A DNA stretch of 64,000 nucleotides from Chrysomallon squamiferum (taxonomy: Eukaryota > Animalia > Mollusca). This document shows positions 14,893 to 27,389 of this stretch, one piece after another. The notes under the pieces are model-generated. The model saw only the letters and a program-made list of their open reading frames with translations. It was not told the DNA's origin and did no database searches. How positions within the stretch are numbered: the stretch's first letter is position 1; the number at the start of each line of letters is the position of its first letter. The DNA lies in contig CM022675.1 of NCBI GenBank assembly GCA_012295275.1, forward strand, positions 11,656,001-11,720,000. The letters are read 5' to 3'. A program made the translations under genes and the position numbers.

Positions 14893-14897
<5 letters not shown>

Positions 14898-14939
14898 CTG
14901 AGTAAATAAATAAAAATAAAATTAAAATTTAAATATTAC

Positions 14940-15019
14940 CTGTTTAATTCCTGCCAGTGACAACATTATTTCATCATCGGCGTCAAGATTCAGCTTCATC
15001 AACTCACTCTGCAGACGAT
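14940..15019 (-). CDS. TBC1D5: TBC1D5 coding exon
   Basis: tttacag|AT CGT...AAA CAG|gtaata; (D)RLQSELMKLNLDADDEIMLSLAGIKQ; phase 1-0. Confidence 0.92.
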
Positions 15020-15592
15020 CTGTAAACAGACAAACAACTACTACAACAACAACAACCAACAACTGCAACAACAGACCACAACAGTTAGAACAGTAACAGT
15101 AACCACTACAAAAACTTGTAAAATATTTATTCATTTAATAAAATGTGCAAAGCAGGTCACCAAGAAACAATAATTACATCACTGTTGTACACTTACAATC
15201 ATTTACTCTACAACTCATAATGTCAGTATATGTAGCAACCAACACTGAACATTGTCATTTGGATTCAATACCTGATTTTCATGGCTGGAAATATTTGAGT
15301 TAACAGTGTCTCTGGTTTATTGATAGCTATATTTTCAGTTTTATGAGAAATATTTCAAAGTTTACATTTTAGGAGAAGGAGGACTTGACCACCAATACCA
15401 CAAATATAAAATGCCTCAAACATTTCCAGTTTTAGTATTAGGTAACTGTATTATTATTATTATTATAGTAATATATCATACTTGGGGTAGTATTATTTCT
15501 GAATTCTTAACTTCAAAAAGAAAAGAAAAAAAAAAGAAGTTATAAAATAAATAAAGCATGGCAGCCTGAAGAGATAATATACTTATCTATGA

Positions 15593-16379
15593 ATCTGGCT
15601 ATCTATCTATATCTATCTGTGTATATATCAGATGGTTGTATGAGTATTGAACATGTGTATATATCAGACAGTTGTATGAGTACTGAACATGTGTATAACT
15701 TACCTATATGTATGTCAAGCTTGCTGGCTGTTTATCTATATCTATCTGTGTATATATCAGATGGTTGTATGAGTACTGAACCTGTGTATAACTTACCTAT
15801 ATGTATGTCAAGCTTGCTGGCTGTCTATCTATATCTACATGTGTATAAATCAGATGGTTGTATGAGTACTGAACATGTGTATAACTTACCTATATGTATG
15901 TCTAGCTTGCTGGCTGTCTATCTGTATCTATCTGTGTATATATCAGATGGTTGTATGAGTATTGAACATGTTTATAACTTACCTATATGTATGTCTAGCT
16001 TGCTGGCTGTCTATCTATATCTATCTGTGTATATATCAGACAGTTGTATGAGTATTGAACATGTTTATAACTTACCTATATGTATGTCTAGCTTGCTGGC
16101 TGTCTATCTATATCTATCTGTGTATATATCAGACAGTTGTATGAGTACTGAACCTGTGTATAACTTACCTATATGTATGTCTAGCTTGCTGGCTGTCTAT
16201 CTCTATCTACATGTGTATATATCAGACAGTTGTATGAGTACTGAACCTGTGTATAACTTACCTATATGTATGTCAAGCTTGCTGGCTGTCTATCTATATC
16301 TATCTGTGTATATATCAGACGGTTGTATGAGTATTGAAGGTGTGTATAACTTACCTATATGTATGTCAAGCTTGCTGGC
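15593..16379. repeat. 93-bp tandem minisatellite (8+ copies) derived from a TBC1D5 exon end and its splice donor
   Basis: 'acttacc' recurs at 15698, 15791, 15884, 15977, 16070, 16163, 16256 and 16349, an exact 93-bp period; the last copy overlaps the real exon. Confidence 0.95.
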
Positions 16380-16454
16380 ACAGTATTTACACATTGTAGA
16401 CTTGTCATTCAGCTGTCCTTGTAGATGAGCCATCTGTTGTTGTACTTCAGCATC
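16355..16454 (-). CDS. TBC1D5: TBC1D5 coding exon (coiled-coil region)
   Basis: ttgcag|GAT GCT...ATA G|gtaagt; DAEVQQQMAHLQGQLNDKSTMCKYCASKLDIHI; phase 0-1. Confidence 0.92.
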
Positions 16455-16499
16455 CTGCAATCACAGTGTTTGAAAGACTGACTGACTTAGAGATCAAGT

Positions 16500-16900
16500 T
16501 CTTCCTTCCCTCCTTCCTTCCTTCCTTCCTTCTTTCATTCTTTCATTCACCAATAAATTTAGATCACCTCCTAGTGTACTGGCATTTTTTCTTTTTTTGG
16601 TGTTTATTCATCCATCTATCCATCCATTTATCCATCTGTTCATCCACTGATTTGTGTAAAAATCTAAATATTCAACTGTTCAACCATTCATCTATTCAGC
16701 TATTCATCTTATTCATTCACTTATTCAGCTATTCATCTTATCCATCCATCCATCCATCCACCCATCAATCAATTCTGTTATCCATTCATTCATCCATCCG
16801 TCTTCATATTCATCCACTGATCCATTGATCCACTCATTAATTCATCCATCTAACCATCGACTCACCCACCAACCCATTCACCCTCCATCCCTCCCTCCAT
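16500..16900. repeat. Degenerate (TTCC)n/(CCAT)n/(TTCA)n tetranucleotide tract
   Basis: Directly visible low-complexity sequence. Confidence 0.75.
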
Positions 16901-16937
16901 CATGAAGAGAGACACATACAGACGATCGTGTACTAAC

Positions 16938-17085
16938 AGTTTTTGTTATTTTCTTGTTCTTGTTTCTCACGCGGGCGGGTAAGGTGGAATATTTCGGTGG
17001 GCTGTCCTGGGCGAAGCCAGGAATCACTCCCTCATCAGCTGACAACCCAGATGGACTGTGTCCAGCAGGTGTGGACTGAGTGGAC
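16938..17085 (-). CDS. TBC1D5: TBC1D5 coding exon
   Basis: ttgttag|G TCC ACT...AAA ACT|gttagt; STQSTPAGHSPSGLSADEGVIPGFAQDSPPKYSTLPARVRNKNKKITKT; phase 2-0 fits both neighbours. Confidence 0.85.
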
Positions 17086-17312
17086 CTAACAAAAAAATAA
17101 AAATTTTAAAATAAAATAAAAAATAAAAAAACGTTATAAATAAACACACGTTTATCATCTTCTGAATTTACATCTGAGAAATTCTAGTTTTTTAAAAACC
17201 AAAACTATGAAGTCACAGAGTCTGGGATCTCTTAATTATCTGTTATATATATAAACATTTCCTTAAAAAATTAATTTGTATTTAAAGATGTTCTCAAGCC
17301 ACAACATTATTA

Positions 17313-17405
17313 TTACAGAGGTTGAGGATCCATTATCTGAAATTCTGAAATCCAAATCTTGTTTCTGAGCAGCAGAAATAGTGTTATCTTTCAAATTTCA
17401 GATTG
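17313..17405. mobile_element. Possible pogo/Tigger-like MITE end fragment
   Basis: 'tacagaggttgaggatccattatctgaaattctgaaatccaaa' resembles the recalled Tigger4-type terminus CAGGTTGAGYATCCCT.ATCCGAAA; similar fragments lie near 6920-6970 and 54783-54835. Not verified by search. Confidence 0.3.
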
Positions 17406-17473
17406 TTTTGCATACACAAATATTATTTAATGCACAAAATTATTAAATATATTATATAAGAAATCCTGCAGAG

Positions 17474-17757
17474 AAATATTTGAATATTCTTAATCCCAGA
17501 TATTATCTACAGGGTCAAATATTTGTTTTAGATATTTTTATCCCCCAATATTACGCACAGTGACAAATATTTGATTTCAATATTCTTAATCTCAAATATT
17601 ATGCATAGCAACAAATATTCGATTTAAATATTCTTAATCTCAAATATTACGCATAGCAACAAATATTCAATTTCAATATTCTTAACCCCAAATATTACAC
17701 ATAGCAACAAATATTCGATTTCAAATATTCTTAATCCCAAACATTCCGCATAGCGAC
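17474..17757. repeat. 48-bp tandem minisatellite, about 6 copies
   Basis: Unit aaatattcgatttcaatattcttaatctcaaatattacgcatagcaac with a period of about 48. Confidence 0.85.
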
Positions 17758-17802
17758 AGATTATCTGGACTGAGTATTTGTTTACGATGTGGTCAAACTG
17801 AC

Positions 17803-18019
17803 CTGTGTCCAGGGTCCAGGCGAATCAGACTGTTGGAGGAGCTGTTCTTTCTGAACATGGAGTCTTCAACCTGAGACAGGCTGGCAGTGGATCCTCGCTT
17901 TCCTTCGGGAACTACTGGGCTGGCTGCAGCGAGAAAGTCAACTGAGGTTCAGGCAAGCAAGTACTGGACCCGTTTTTCATGTTTTGTTGGATTGTATTGA
18001 AGATGGGTAATATTGTCAA
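17803..18019 (-). CDS. TBC1D5: TBC1D5 coding exon; 5' boundary uncertain (18019 with AA acceptor, or 17941 with AG acceptor)
   Basis: The 3' part VDFLAAASPVVPEGKRGSTASLSQVEDSMFRKNSSSNSLIRLDPGH(R) ends AG|gtcagt in phase 2; both candidate starts are phase 1. Confidence 0.72.
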
Positions 18020-18175
18020 TTGGAGAAGAGAAAAAAATGTTTGTGTGTGTATGTATGTGTGTGTGTGTTGTGTTGTGTGTGTGTGTGTATGTGTTTGTTT
18101 GTGTCTGTGTGTGTGTGTATGTGTGTGTGTGTGTCTGTGTGTTAGTGTATATACAAACATATACATACATACATG

Positions 18176-18210
<35 letters not shown>

Positions 18211-19112
18211 TACTGATAATTTTTAATAATAAAGATAAAAAACAAAAATAATAAAATTAATACTAATACTTTTTAATAATAATAAAAAGAAAAAGTCAGC
18301 AACTATCACCCCAAAAATGCAATTACATAAAAAGTAAATAAAAATAAATAAACCTATATTTATCATTAAAATGCTAATACATCACAATTAATTGATTAGG
18401 AAGTAAAAATGCAATACAAATCTATTACCTACCTCAAATCACATTTGTATCAATGTAATTTATAAAGTAATGATTATATTTTATAATCATTAAAACAACA
18501 CCTATACACAAATTTAATGTTTGCATTCAAATTTATATGTTAAATTTACCACTGCATTTAACCTTTGTATTTTTATATACATGTTAAATAATAGTAATTA
18601 TAATTATATTTGACTTTAAAAAAAATATATATTATTCAAAAAAATTACATTAATAGTAATAAAAATAACAAAATTAATAAAAAGCATGCAATTAAATAAA
18701 ACCAATCTACAGTACAAATAATAAAGTTCACACTATTGTATATTTTCACAACATTACCATCTTTAAGTCAAATTTCAAAAATAAATGACACAAAAATTAA
18801 AAGGAAAATCAAAGGTATCAGTGTTTCTATCATAATGAAAGTACCATGAAAATTAAAATTTAATACTGCCACAGCTACTAATAAAAAAAAGAGAAACAAA
18901 AATAAAATAAAATAAAAAAGAAATGCCATAAACCACAACACAAACTGAAAAGACTAAACAGGGACAAGGATTAAACCAAAAGAAAACAAATGAAAAAAAA
19001 AATAAGAAAAAAGTTGAACAGAAAATTCCAGGGTTGATAACTCCATGCATGAAGTGAAATAACTCTATACTAGAAAACGGGAGATAACCCATGCATCTGA
19101 CAACACCAATAC

Positions 19113-19265
19113 CTGGGGAAATGTCGGTCTGGAGGTTCATGGGTTCGCTTGAAGATTTGGGCAGTTTTTTGGAAGAAACTGCTAATGTTTTAGGTCTGTT
19201 AAATTTCCGAGAGAATGAGGAAAAGCCACCAATGCCCTGGTTTGCTCGTTTGTTAGTTATGTTAG
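19113..19265 (-). CDS. TBC1D5: TBC1D5 coding exon
   Basis: ggcag|CT AAC...CCA G|gtattg; (A)NITNKRANQGIGGFSSFSRKFNRPKTLAVSSKKLPKSSSEPMNLQTDISP; phase 1-1. Confidence 0.83.
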
Positions 19266-20431
19266 CTGCCGGGAAGAAAGTGGTTCACTTGTCAGGCCAG
19301 TTATACTTTCCAGTCAAAAGTCTTCATTATATTATTTCTTACATACAACAACCTAATCCTCAATGCCAAGCAAAAATTATTTCGATTTCTTTATTATTAT
19401 TATTTTTTTTTCCTTAATATTTTTACAAAAAGCCCTCACCAAGTTAATCATTTTCTCCATCTGTAGGTTTGTATTTTATTATTATTTTTATATATGTGTA
19501 CCACAGTCCTAGGAAATTTATTTTTTTAGAAATTAAAATTATTTTTATTTCTGTTTTCTTGTTTAACAATTTTGTTTTGTAAAAGTTCATCTGACAATTT
19601 TCACACAAAGGATTTTAACGTATTATCACACATTATTTACAAGGCTTTCAAAATTATTCAAAATTTTAAAAATTGTTTTTTTTTTAACAAAACAAGATCA
19701 TAATTTTCATCCAAAATGTTTTAATAAATTATTATATATTTCAGATGTAATGCAGAAATCCAATTCATTTCAGTATCTTTCTAAAATTTTTAAATAATTT
19801 TTACAGAACAAAAATCATAATTTTCACCCCAAATGTTTTAATAAATTATTATCATTTCTAATGTGGAATTACTTATACATTTATTTGAATACCTTTCTGA
19901 AAGATTTCATTAGAATATTACTTAATGCAAAAACCTTATGTAACTTTTATTTTCACCTTCTTGCTAAAAATTCAACAAGTTATATATCCTCTCTGGTCTT
20001 AATCTTTGAGTGAGTTTTAAAATTAAATTCTGTTAGTACATGTGTTAATTTATACAGTATTATCTTTCCATACATATGTGTCAAAAACAACAAACTTTAC
20101 ATTTATATTCATTCTACTGGGATGGAACAAAAGGATTTTTTAGCATTTTTCAATACATGGCTTTTGATACGTGATTTCATTTCACATGGGACTGAACCAA
20201 AAGACAAATATAAATATTCTGAATGGTGAACTCATCACATATATGTGTTTAACAAATCTATATACAAATATCTAAATGTTGGTTTTTGAATTTCACTTTA
20301 AAAAATGCTATGCACATTTGTTCCAGTCCAATACATAGAAGAATGGGTCTAAACATTTCATTGTTAATTCTTATTTGTCACAAATGTATTTTATTTACCT
20401 GCGTGTATACAGGTATATAAATCTTTCTTAC

Positions 20432-20507
20432 CTTTGTTGTTTTTGGATCTGTTCATTGCAGGTTGATTCACTGTGGTGTAGGTGTACTTAGGAGGTTTTG
20501 GATATTG
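20432..20507 (-). CDS. TBC1D5: TBC1D5 coding exon
   Basis: tgacag|CAA TAT CCA...AAA G|gtaaga; QYPKPPKYTYTTVNQPAMNRSKNNK; phase 0-1. Confidence 0.85.
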
Positions 20508-21183
20508 CTGTCAAAATAAACACAGTAATTTTTACCCTGATCATGATTCAAAAGTTTCATTTATAACATAAGATTATATAGCATAAATCTTGAAAAATAT
20601 TAATAATAGTGTATCATCAAATAGGAATAATCAACAGTAGCAACTAAACAATAACAATAATAATAATAATAATAAAAATAAGAAGAAGAAGAAGAAGAAG
20701 AAGAAATATTAGTTGTTGTAGTAATAATAATAATAATAAAAAGAAAATAATAATAATATTAAAAGTAACTGTAATAATAAGAATTAAATAACAATAAAAT
20801 TAACACAAAAAACCACTAACAGTAATAGTAATAATAATAAGAAGTAATAATAATATTAATAATAATAAAAGTAAAACTAACAAAACTAACAAAAATATCA
20901 ACAATAATAATAAAAATAGTTGTAGTAGTAGTGGTAGTGGTAGAAGTTGTAGTTGTTTCAGTAACAGAACAGTAGTAATTGTAGTAATATTAGTAATAGT
21001 AAAAGCAGTAGTTGCAATAACAGCTACAGTAATGATAATAATGACGATGATCAAAAGGAAACGTTATTTTATTCACATACTTTATTATTAACAAAGGCTG
21101 AACCCTAGCACCAGACTAACCAATGACTAGGATGTATACAGAATGTTCTGAGGGTGTTTGTCTGTATTTAACACAGTACTCAC

Positions 21184-21290
21184 GTTTGGCTCTCTCAGGT
21201 AAAGAGCTTGTTCTACAAAGTAATGAACGTCACCAACAGGTGGAAATTTCATAAGACAGCCCAGACAGGACACATAATCACTGGCTAACA
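21184..21290 (-). CDS. TBC1D5: TBC1D5 coding exon (end of TBC domain)
   Basis: tttcag|TG TTA GCC...CCA AAC|gtgagt; LASDYVSCLGCLMKFPPVGDVHYFVEQALYLREPN. Confidence 0.93.
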
Positions 21291-21412
21291 CTGAAATAAA
21301 TAAATAAATAAGTAAATAAATAAATAAATAACCTAATTAATAAATAAATAAATAAATAAGTAAATAAGTAAATAAGTAAATAAGTAAATAAATAAATAAA
21401 TAAGTAAATAAG

Positions 21413-21443
<31 letters not shown>

Positions 21444-21838
21444 CCTAATTAATAAATAAATACATTTATTTCACAAATATGATAAACATATTAAAAACAA
21501 TTACAATAAATAAAATGAAACATTAATTGAATAAATATATAGATAGATAACCTAAATAGATAAAATAAACTGAATAACAAAAATAATTAAAGAATATAAA
21601 AACAGAAACAGACAGACATGTGAGTTTGACATCGTTTCTATTTATTTATTTCATTCATAAAATGTTTTGTTTTCTTAATTTTCTATTAAAAATGTTTTTT
21701 TTTTTTTAAATTGTTACATTTATATATAAAACGAAGAAAAAAAAAAATTATAAAAGTGATAAAATAAAATTGTCCAGATAAAATAAGTTAAAGATTCACA
21801 CTCATCAATATATGAAAAGAAAGTGATAAAAATATTTA

Positions 21839-21871
<33 letters not shown>

Positions 21872-21923
21872 CAATGTAAAAAGAAAAATAATAATAATAA
21901 TAATAAAAATAATAACAGTAACA

Positions 21924-21958
<35 letters not shown>

Positions 21959-22158
21959 CATAGTTTAATAATAATAAAAACATTAATAGTGTTAATATTC
22001 AATTAAAAAATAAAAATAATAATAATAAAAATAATAACAGTAACAATAATAATAATAATAATAATAGTAACAGTAATAATAATAATAATGATTATAATAA
22101 CAATAATAATAATAAAGTAATAATAATAACAGTAACAGTAATATAAAACTGCACTAAC

Positions 22159-22306
22159 AGACATCACGGATGTACAGCAGCATTTGACAACAAAGATGTA
22201 GTTTCTGAGATCAAAACCAATTCCATCTCTTCCAAAATAGCTGTCCCACATAGCAAGCAGATCCTGCATGGGAAACTGTTTACCAAAGAGAAGCCTGACC
22301 CAGCCG
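22159..22306 (-). CDS. TBC1D5: TBC1D5 coding exon (TBC domain), with several apparent sequence errors
   Basis: WVRLLFGKQFPMQDLLAMWD...DGIGFDL..YIFV, then MLLYIRDV in another frame; donor T|gttagt present, acceptor garbled. Confidence 0.85.
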
Positions 22307-22378
22307 AAAAACACATTTAAACACACTTTGCAATTCATTACTTGTGTATTTATCATCAAAATCATTAATATTAAACTC

Positions 22379-22429
<51 letters not shown>

Positions 22430-22595
22430 ATCAAAGAGTACCTTCCCCCCTCAAACACTCAAAATTACTTTTTTTTAAATAGATAATTTTTTAAAATGTC
22501 TATCTTATAAAGGCAAACAGAAAAATTATATATTTTTTTAAAATATTCATTTTTTTCAACCTTCATTCCTACATTATTCATTCCTTCATCCATCC

Positions 22596-22767
22596 TTCCC
22601 ATAGACTTGAGGAGGTGCAATGTCCAGTCTCTCAAGATGCTGATGAAGTTGGGTCAAACTTCTTCAGGATGTAATCCTGTATCCTGGTCAGTTTAGCCAC
22701 AATGACATTGGAAGGATTCAGATCTTGTGGACGGGGAAAATGGTTGAGAGGATACCAGACCAGATGG
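22596..22767 (-). CDS. TBC1D5: TBC1D5 coding exon (TBC domain), with several apparent sequence errors
   Basis: cttcag|CCA TCT GGT; PF.RPQDLNPSNVIVAKLTRIQDYILKKFDP, then LHQHLERLDIAPPQVYG in a shifted frame; donor garbled. Confidence 0.85.
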
Positions 22768-23432
22768 CTGAAGATAAAATAAATAAATAAAAAAATAAAT
22801 AAAAAATAAATAAATAAATAAATAAATAAATAAAAATAAACAAACAAAAATAAATAAATAAAACAAACAAATAAATAGTAAAATAAAATAATAAGAAGAT
22901 AAAAAATAAAAATGTAAAATGTGAAAATAAAAAAAATACTAAATAAATAAATAAATAAATAAATAAAAATACATAAATAAAATAAAAAAATAATATTAAA
23001 AAAAAAATAAATAAAAAAAAAATAAATTTAAAAAAAAAAATAAAAAATAAAAAAATCAAAATAACAACTTAAACTGTTAAAAAAAATAAATAAATAAACA
23101 ATCTGATATACAAATATATTTATATTTTTAAAAAAAAAAAAGAAAAAAATGAAAAGATCAACAAAATAAATAGATAAAATTGAAATGGGGTATAAACAAA
23201 TTATATTTTATATAAACATTTTCTCTGTTATTGAATTATTTCAAATAATGTTTTAGGTGTAATTCATTTTAGATAAATATTTTCTCTGTTATTACACAAT
23301 TTCAAACACACCCATACATAAATACACACACACACACACTAACACATTGTTCATATAATAACAAAAATATATAATTTCATATTAATCTTGTTACAAATGA
23401 AATTTTAAAAAAAAAGAAACTTATTATTTTAC

Positions 23433-23502
23433 CTTTGGAATATCAATTTCTTTAGCCATATACCACGGTTCCACAGTTTCCATAACTTTACAAAACATAG
23501 CA
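23433..23502 (-). CDS. TBC1D5: TBC1D5 coding exon
   Basis: tttcag|T GCT ATG...CCA AAG|gtaaaa; (Y)AMFCKVMETVEPWYMAKEIDIPK; phase 2-0. Confidence 0.92.
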
Positions 23503-23519
23503 CTGAAATAAAAATATCA

Positions 23520-23537
23520 TTTTTTAGTTAAAAAAGC

Positions 23538-23618
<81 letters not shown>
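23520..23618. repeat. (GA)n microsatellite filling most of a 162-nt intron
   Basis: Directly visible; reads as a (TC)n pyrimidine tract on the transcribed strand. Confidence 0.95.
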
Positions 23619-23619
<1 letters not shown>

Positions 23620-23664
23620 CTAGAATTTTCATACTGCAGATTTTAGATGGTTTCAAACACTTAC

Positions 23665-23715
23665 TATGCATCTGATTCAAGGTATTTGGGGTCCATGATT
23701 ACTTTAACAATTTCT
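23665..23715 (-). CDS. TBC1D5: TBC1D5 coding exon
   Basis: ttcag|A GAA ATT...GCA TA|gtaagt; EIVKVIMDPKYLESDA(Y); phase 2-2. Confidence 0.92.
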
Positions 23716-23855
23716 CTGAAAATTACAAAAGAAATAATTAATGAACAGCTTACATCAAAAACAAAAATCAGACAAACAAACCTTCCCCATACAAAAAAAA
23801 ATTATAAATTAAAAATGAATTAAAATGATATATAAATACAAATACAAATAATACA

Positions 23856-23909
<54 letters not shown>

Positions 23910-24523
23910 TTTCAAAATCATCTTATCATTTGCTAAAAATCAAGATACAACTATGTTACCTATATAAATTATCAAATTATTTCCCCTTAACATAAATTGC
24001 AAAAAAGTATTATCTCCCTTATTTTAAGTAAAGTCGGCAGAAAATTTAAGTCTCACTAAAAATGATACCACTGGCTGGTGAAATGCATTATTTTTATTAC
24101 ACATCTAAGTATCTGATTAGACAAAAGAGAAACAGTTTGATTATTTAAGCATGCTAAGGCTTAAAAGCTGATCACAGAAAATACATACTCCTGGTGTTTA
24201 AGTAGACATTACAACTGGTTTTAGAGAAAATAGTATAATGTTCAAGTAACAGCCAGTTTGTTAATTAGTTAACAATTATTATAACATATTATGTATATTA
24301 TAAGTGTGCAAACTTCTGACTATTAATTTTGTTCAAGACAGTTCAGTACAGAGATTTGAAATTTAAACAGAAATGCTGTTTTTTGAAAACAGTTAACATG
24401 ATAGTAAACCTGCACCAGAATAATTGTTTAACAGAACTTGATACAAATAAAATAAAATTAGAGATACTGCTTGTTTTGAAAAAAAATAAAAAAAAATAAA
24501 ATAATAATAATAAAATTAAATAT

Positions 24524-24575
<52 letters not shown>

Positions 24576-24888
24576 AATAAAATAATAAATAAATAAATAA
24601 ATAAAAAAATTAAAAAATAAAATGCAAGAAAATAATGATTTTTTTTTCTGTATCATTTTATTAATTTACTGTTTTGTATTTTGATATATTGTGAAATAAT
24701 AAAAAAAGTATTTAAATAAATAAAACCTTTTTTTTTTCTTTTCTTTATTTCTTTTATTTCATTATTTTATTATTAAATTATAGCATCACAGTTCAGTTTA
24801 AGGAGAAAATAAAAGATAATAAAAATAAATTTAAAATTAAATATGAATGTTCATGCATAATACATGCTCACTCATGCAAATTCCTCTT

Positions 24889-24939
<51 letters not shown>

Positions 24940-25204
24940 AAGAGAGTTCTGTGGAAGTTATGAAAAGATAACTCTAAACTATGTGCTCTGTACTAGTACC
25001 ACAATGTAAATAATTGAAACATTTCAATACAAACTGCAAAAATATCTGATATTGATAAATACTAGATTTAACAATAATAAATTATAGTTTACATATATCA
25101 GTGGATAATAAAATAAATACAAAATAGATCAATAATAATAATAAAATAATAATAATAATAAAATAACAGAATCAATAATAATAATAATAAAATAAAATAA
25201 ATAA

Positions 25205-25243
<39 letters not shown>

Positions 25244-25783
25244 ACCTTTAACTAATTAAATAAAAATAATAGTGAAAAACAGGAAAAAAAAAAACATTAT
25301 TTAAATTAACATTAATTTTTGTCTGTATCAATAAATAATTAAATAAACAAAAATACAAGTAAACAAACAAAGAAATAGCTCATCTAACAAACATATAATA
25401 TAAGTTAACAAAAAAAAAAAAAAATAAATAAAAAAAATAATTAAAATTTATTAAAAACACAGTGAATTTCTAAGATTATGAGTGCAAATAACTTCTATAA
25501 AGGCCTAAGTATCAAAATTCTTATTTAGTTCAACTGATTGTTTTTTTGGCTTTTTTTTTTTTTTTTTTGTAAATTATTTATTATTTTTTTCATTCCCACA
25601 TAAAACTCAGTGAATATAAATAAGCAGTTAACACCAAATGAGAAAAGACAGCATGCAGAGCAGAAACAAGTTTTAAACTTAAACTTTGTAACAAACCTGT
25701 GTTTGGGGGAAATAGGTCTGAAAATATATACAACAGACAAAACTACAAACACTGAGTGAAAAACCAGAAATAACAATTGTACA

Positions 25784-25816
<33 letters not shown>

Positions 25817-25901
25817 AAATAAATAAATAAATAAATAAATAGATAAAAAAGTTAATAAATATAATAATAAAATCAGTAAAAGTAGAAGAAAAAGGAAATA
25901 A

Positions 25902-25918
25902 AGAAGAAGAAGAAGAAG

Positions 25919-25984
<66 letters not shown>

Positions 25985-25985
25985 A
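25902..25985. repeat. (GAA)n(CAA)n compound microsatellite
   Basis: Directly visible. Confidence 0.9.
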
Positions 25986-26308
25986 ATAGTGGACAATAAT
26001 AGAAAAAATAGTTACAAATAATAATTTGGAAACAAATACAAAAATAAAAATAAAATAAAACAAAAACCTAAAGATAAATAAAATAAAAAAACATAATATT
26101 ATATAAAATTTAATATATATATAAAATATAAAAATATGTGAAATAAACAAACAAATAAATAAATAAATAATAAAAAAAAAAATAAATAAATAAATTTAAT
26201 TTTCCTGCACGCTAGTCAAAATCCAATAATTATAAGCTGGCTCATAATGGATTTTCTTTGACATGCATAAATTTTATATTTTTAAATTTTATACCTGGCC
26301 TTTCCTTT

Positions 26309-26359
<51 letters not shown>

Positions 26360-26671
26360 TTTGTTTGTTTGATTTTTAATCAACATACAGATTAGTTATT
26401 GAGTGTTTTTCAATAAGAATTTCTATTTATTTTTTTTATTTTTTTTAAAGATGAAAAAGTATAAAATAAAATGAACTCTAAATATTATGAATACTGTATT
26501 TCAAAACTGTCTATCAATATAGCTGTTTTGTTTGTTTATGCAACAGTGACGAACATACATTAAGAATTCCCAAAATTATTTAAATAAATAAAATTAAATT
26601 ATGTGACATAACATAAAATGGATTAAATTTTTTTTAATAATAATAGTAGTAGCACTAATAAAGCTATTCAA

Positions 26672-26713
<42 letters not shown>

Positions 26714-27295
26714 TGCAACAAAACTAATAAAAACAAAGATATAGTTATAATTATATAAAATTGATCTTCATATTTTATTTCAAACCTGTTACTGACAAAA
26801 TATTTATCACAAGTAACAGAGCAAAAATTCTCAGATTAAATATATTTAAAAAAAGGAGAAAAAAAAAAGAAAAAGAAAAACATGAAAAAACATCAAAACA
26901 ACATAAACTAGCTTTGTAATAATATTTCCACCTTGTGTTTTACACATATGACATACACACACACAAACACACAAAAATATACACAACATGTACACAAAAC
27001 ATACATATATATAATACTTATGTTAACAGACATACTCAACATACATATATAAAATAATTATGTAACAGACATACACTCAATATATACACTCAATATACAT
27101 TATATACACAATACTTACATTAAAAAAAGCAAACAAATACGTAAAACATAAAAACATACACACTCAAAACACATCCATGTATACAGATACTTACATAACA
27201 CCTACAGACACACACACACATACCTACACACACACAAACACACAGACAGACACACACACACACACACACAGACACACAGACAGACAAACACTTAC

Positions 27296-27384
27296 TGTAG
27301 TGTGTCCACTTCTGAAGCATGTAGGAAAGCTTGATGGTCGCAGTGAAGAACGAAAATGAGAGGAGCCAAAAGTTCGTGCATTCC
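27296..27384 (-). CDS. TBC1D5: TBC1D5 coding exon (after the Q-finger)
   Basis: tcccag|GGA ATG CAC...CTA CA|gtaagt; GMHELLAPLIFVLHCDHQAFLHASEVDTL; phase 0-2. Confidence 0.95.
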
Positions 27385-27389
27385 CTGGG

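Noticed and set aside
15589-16428. 279-aa + strand ORF with a 31-aa repeat
   Set aside because: It is the antisense reading of the 93-bp minisatellite inside TBC1D5; a unit divisible by 3 keeps a frame open by chance.
17950-17954. In-frame TGA as selenocysteine or readthrough
   Set aside because: Non-catalytic low-complexity region, no SECIS recognised, and neighbouring indel-like anomalies explain it more simply.
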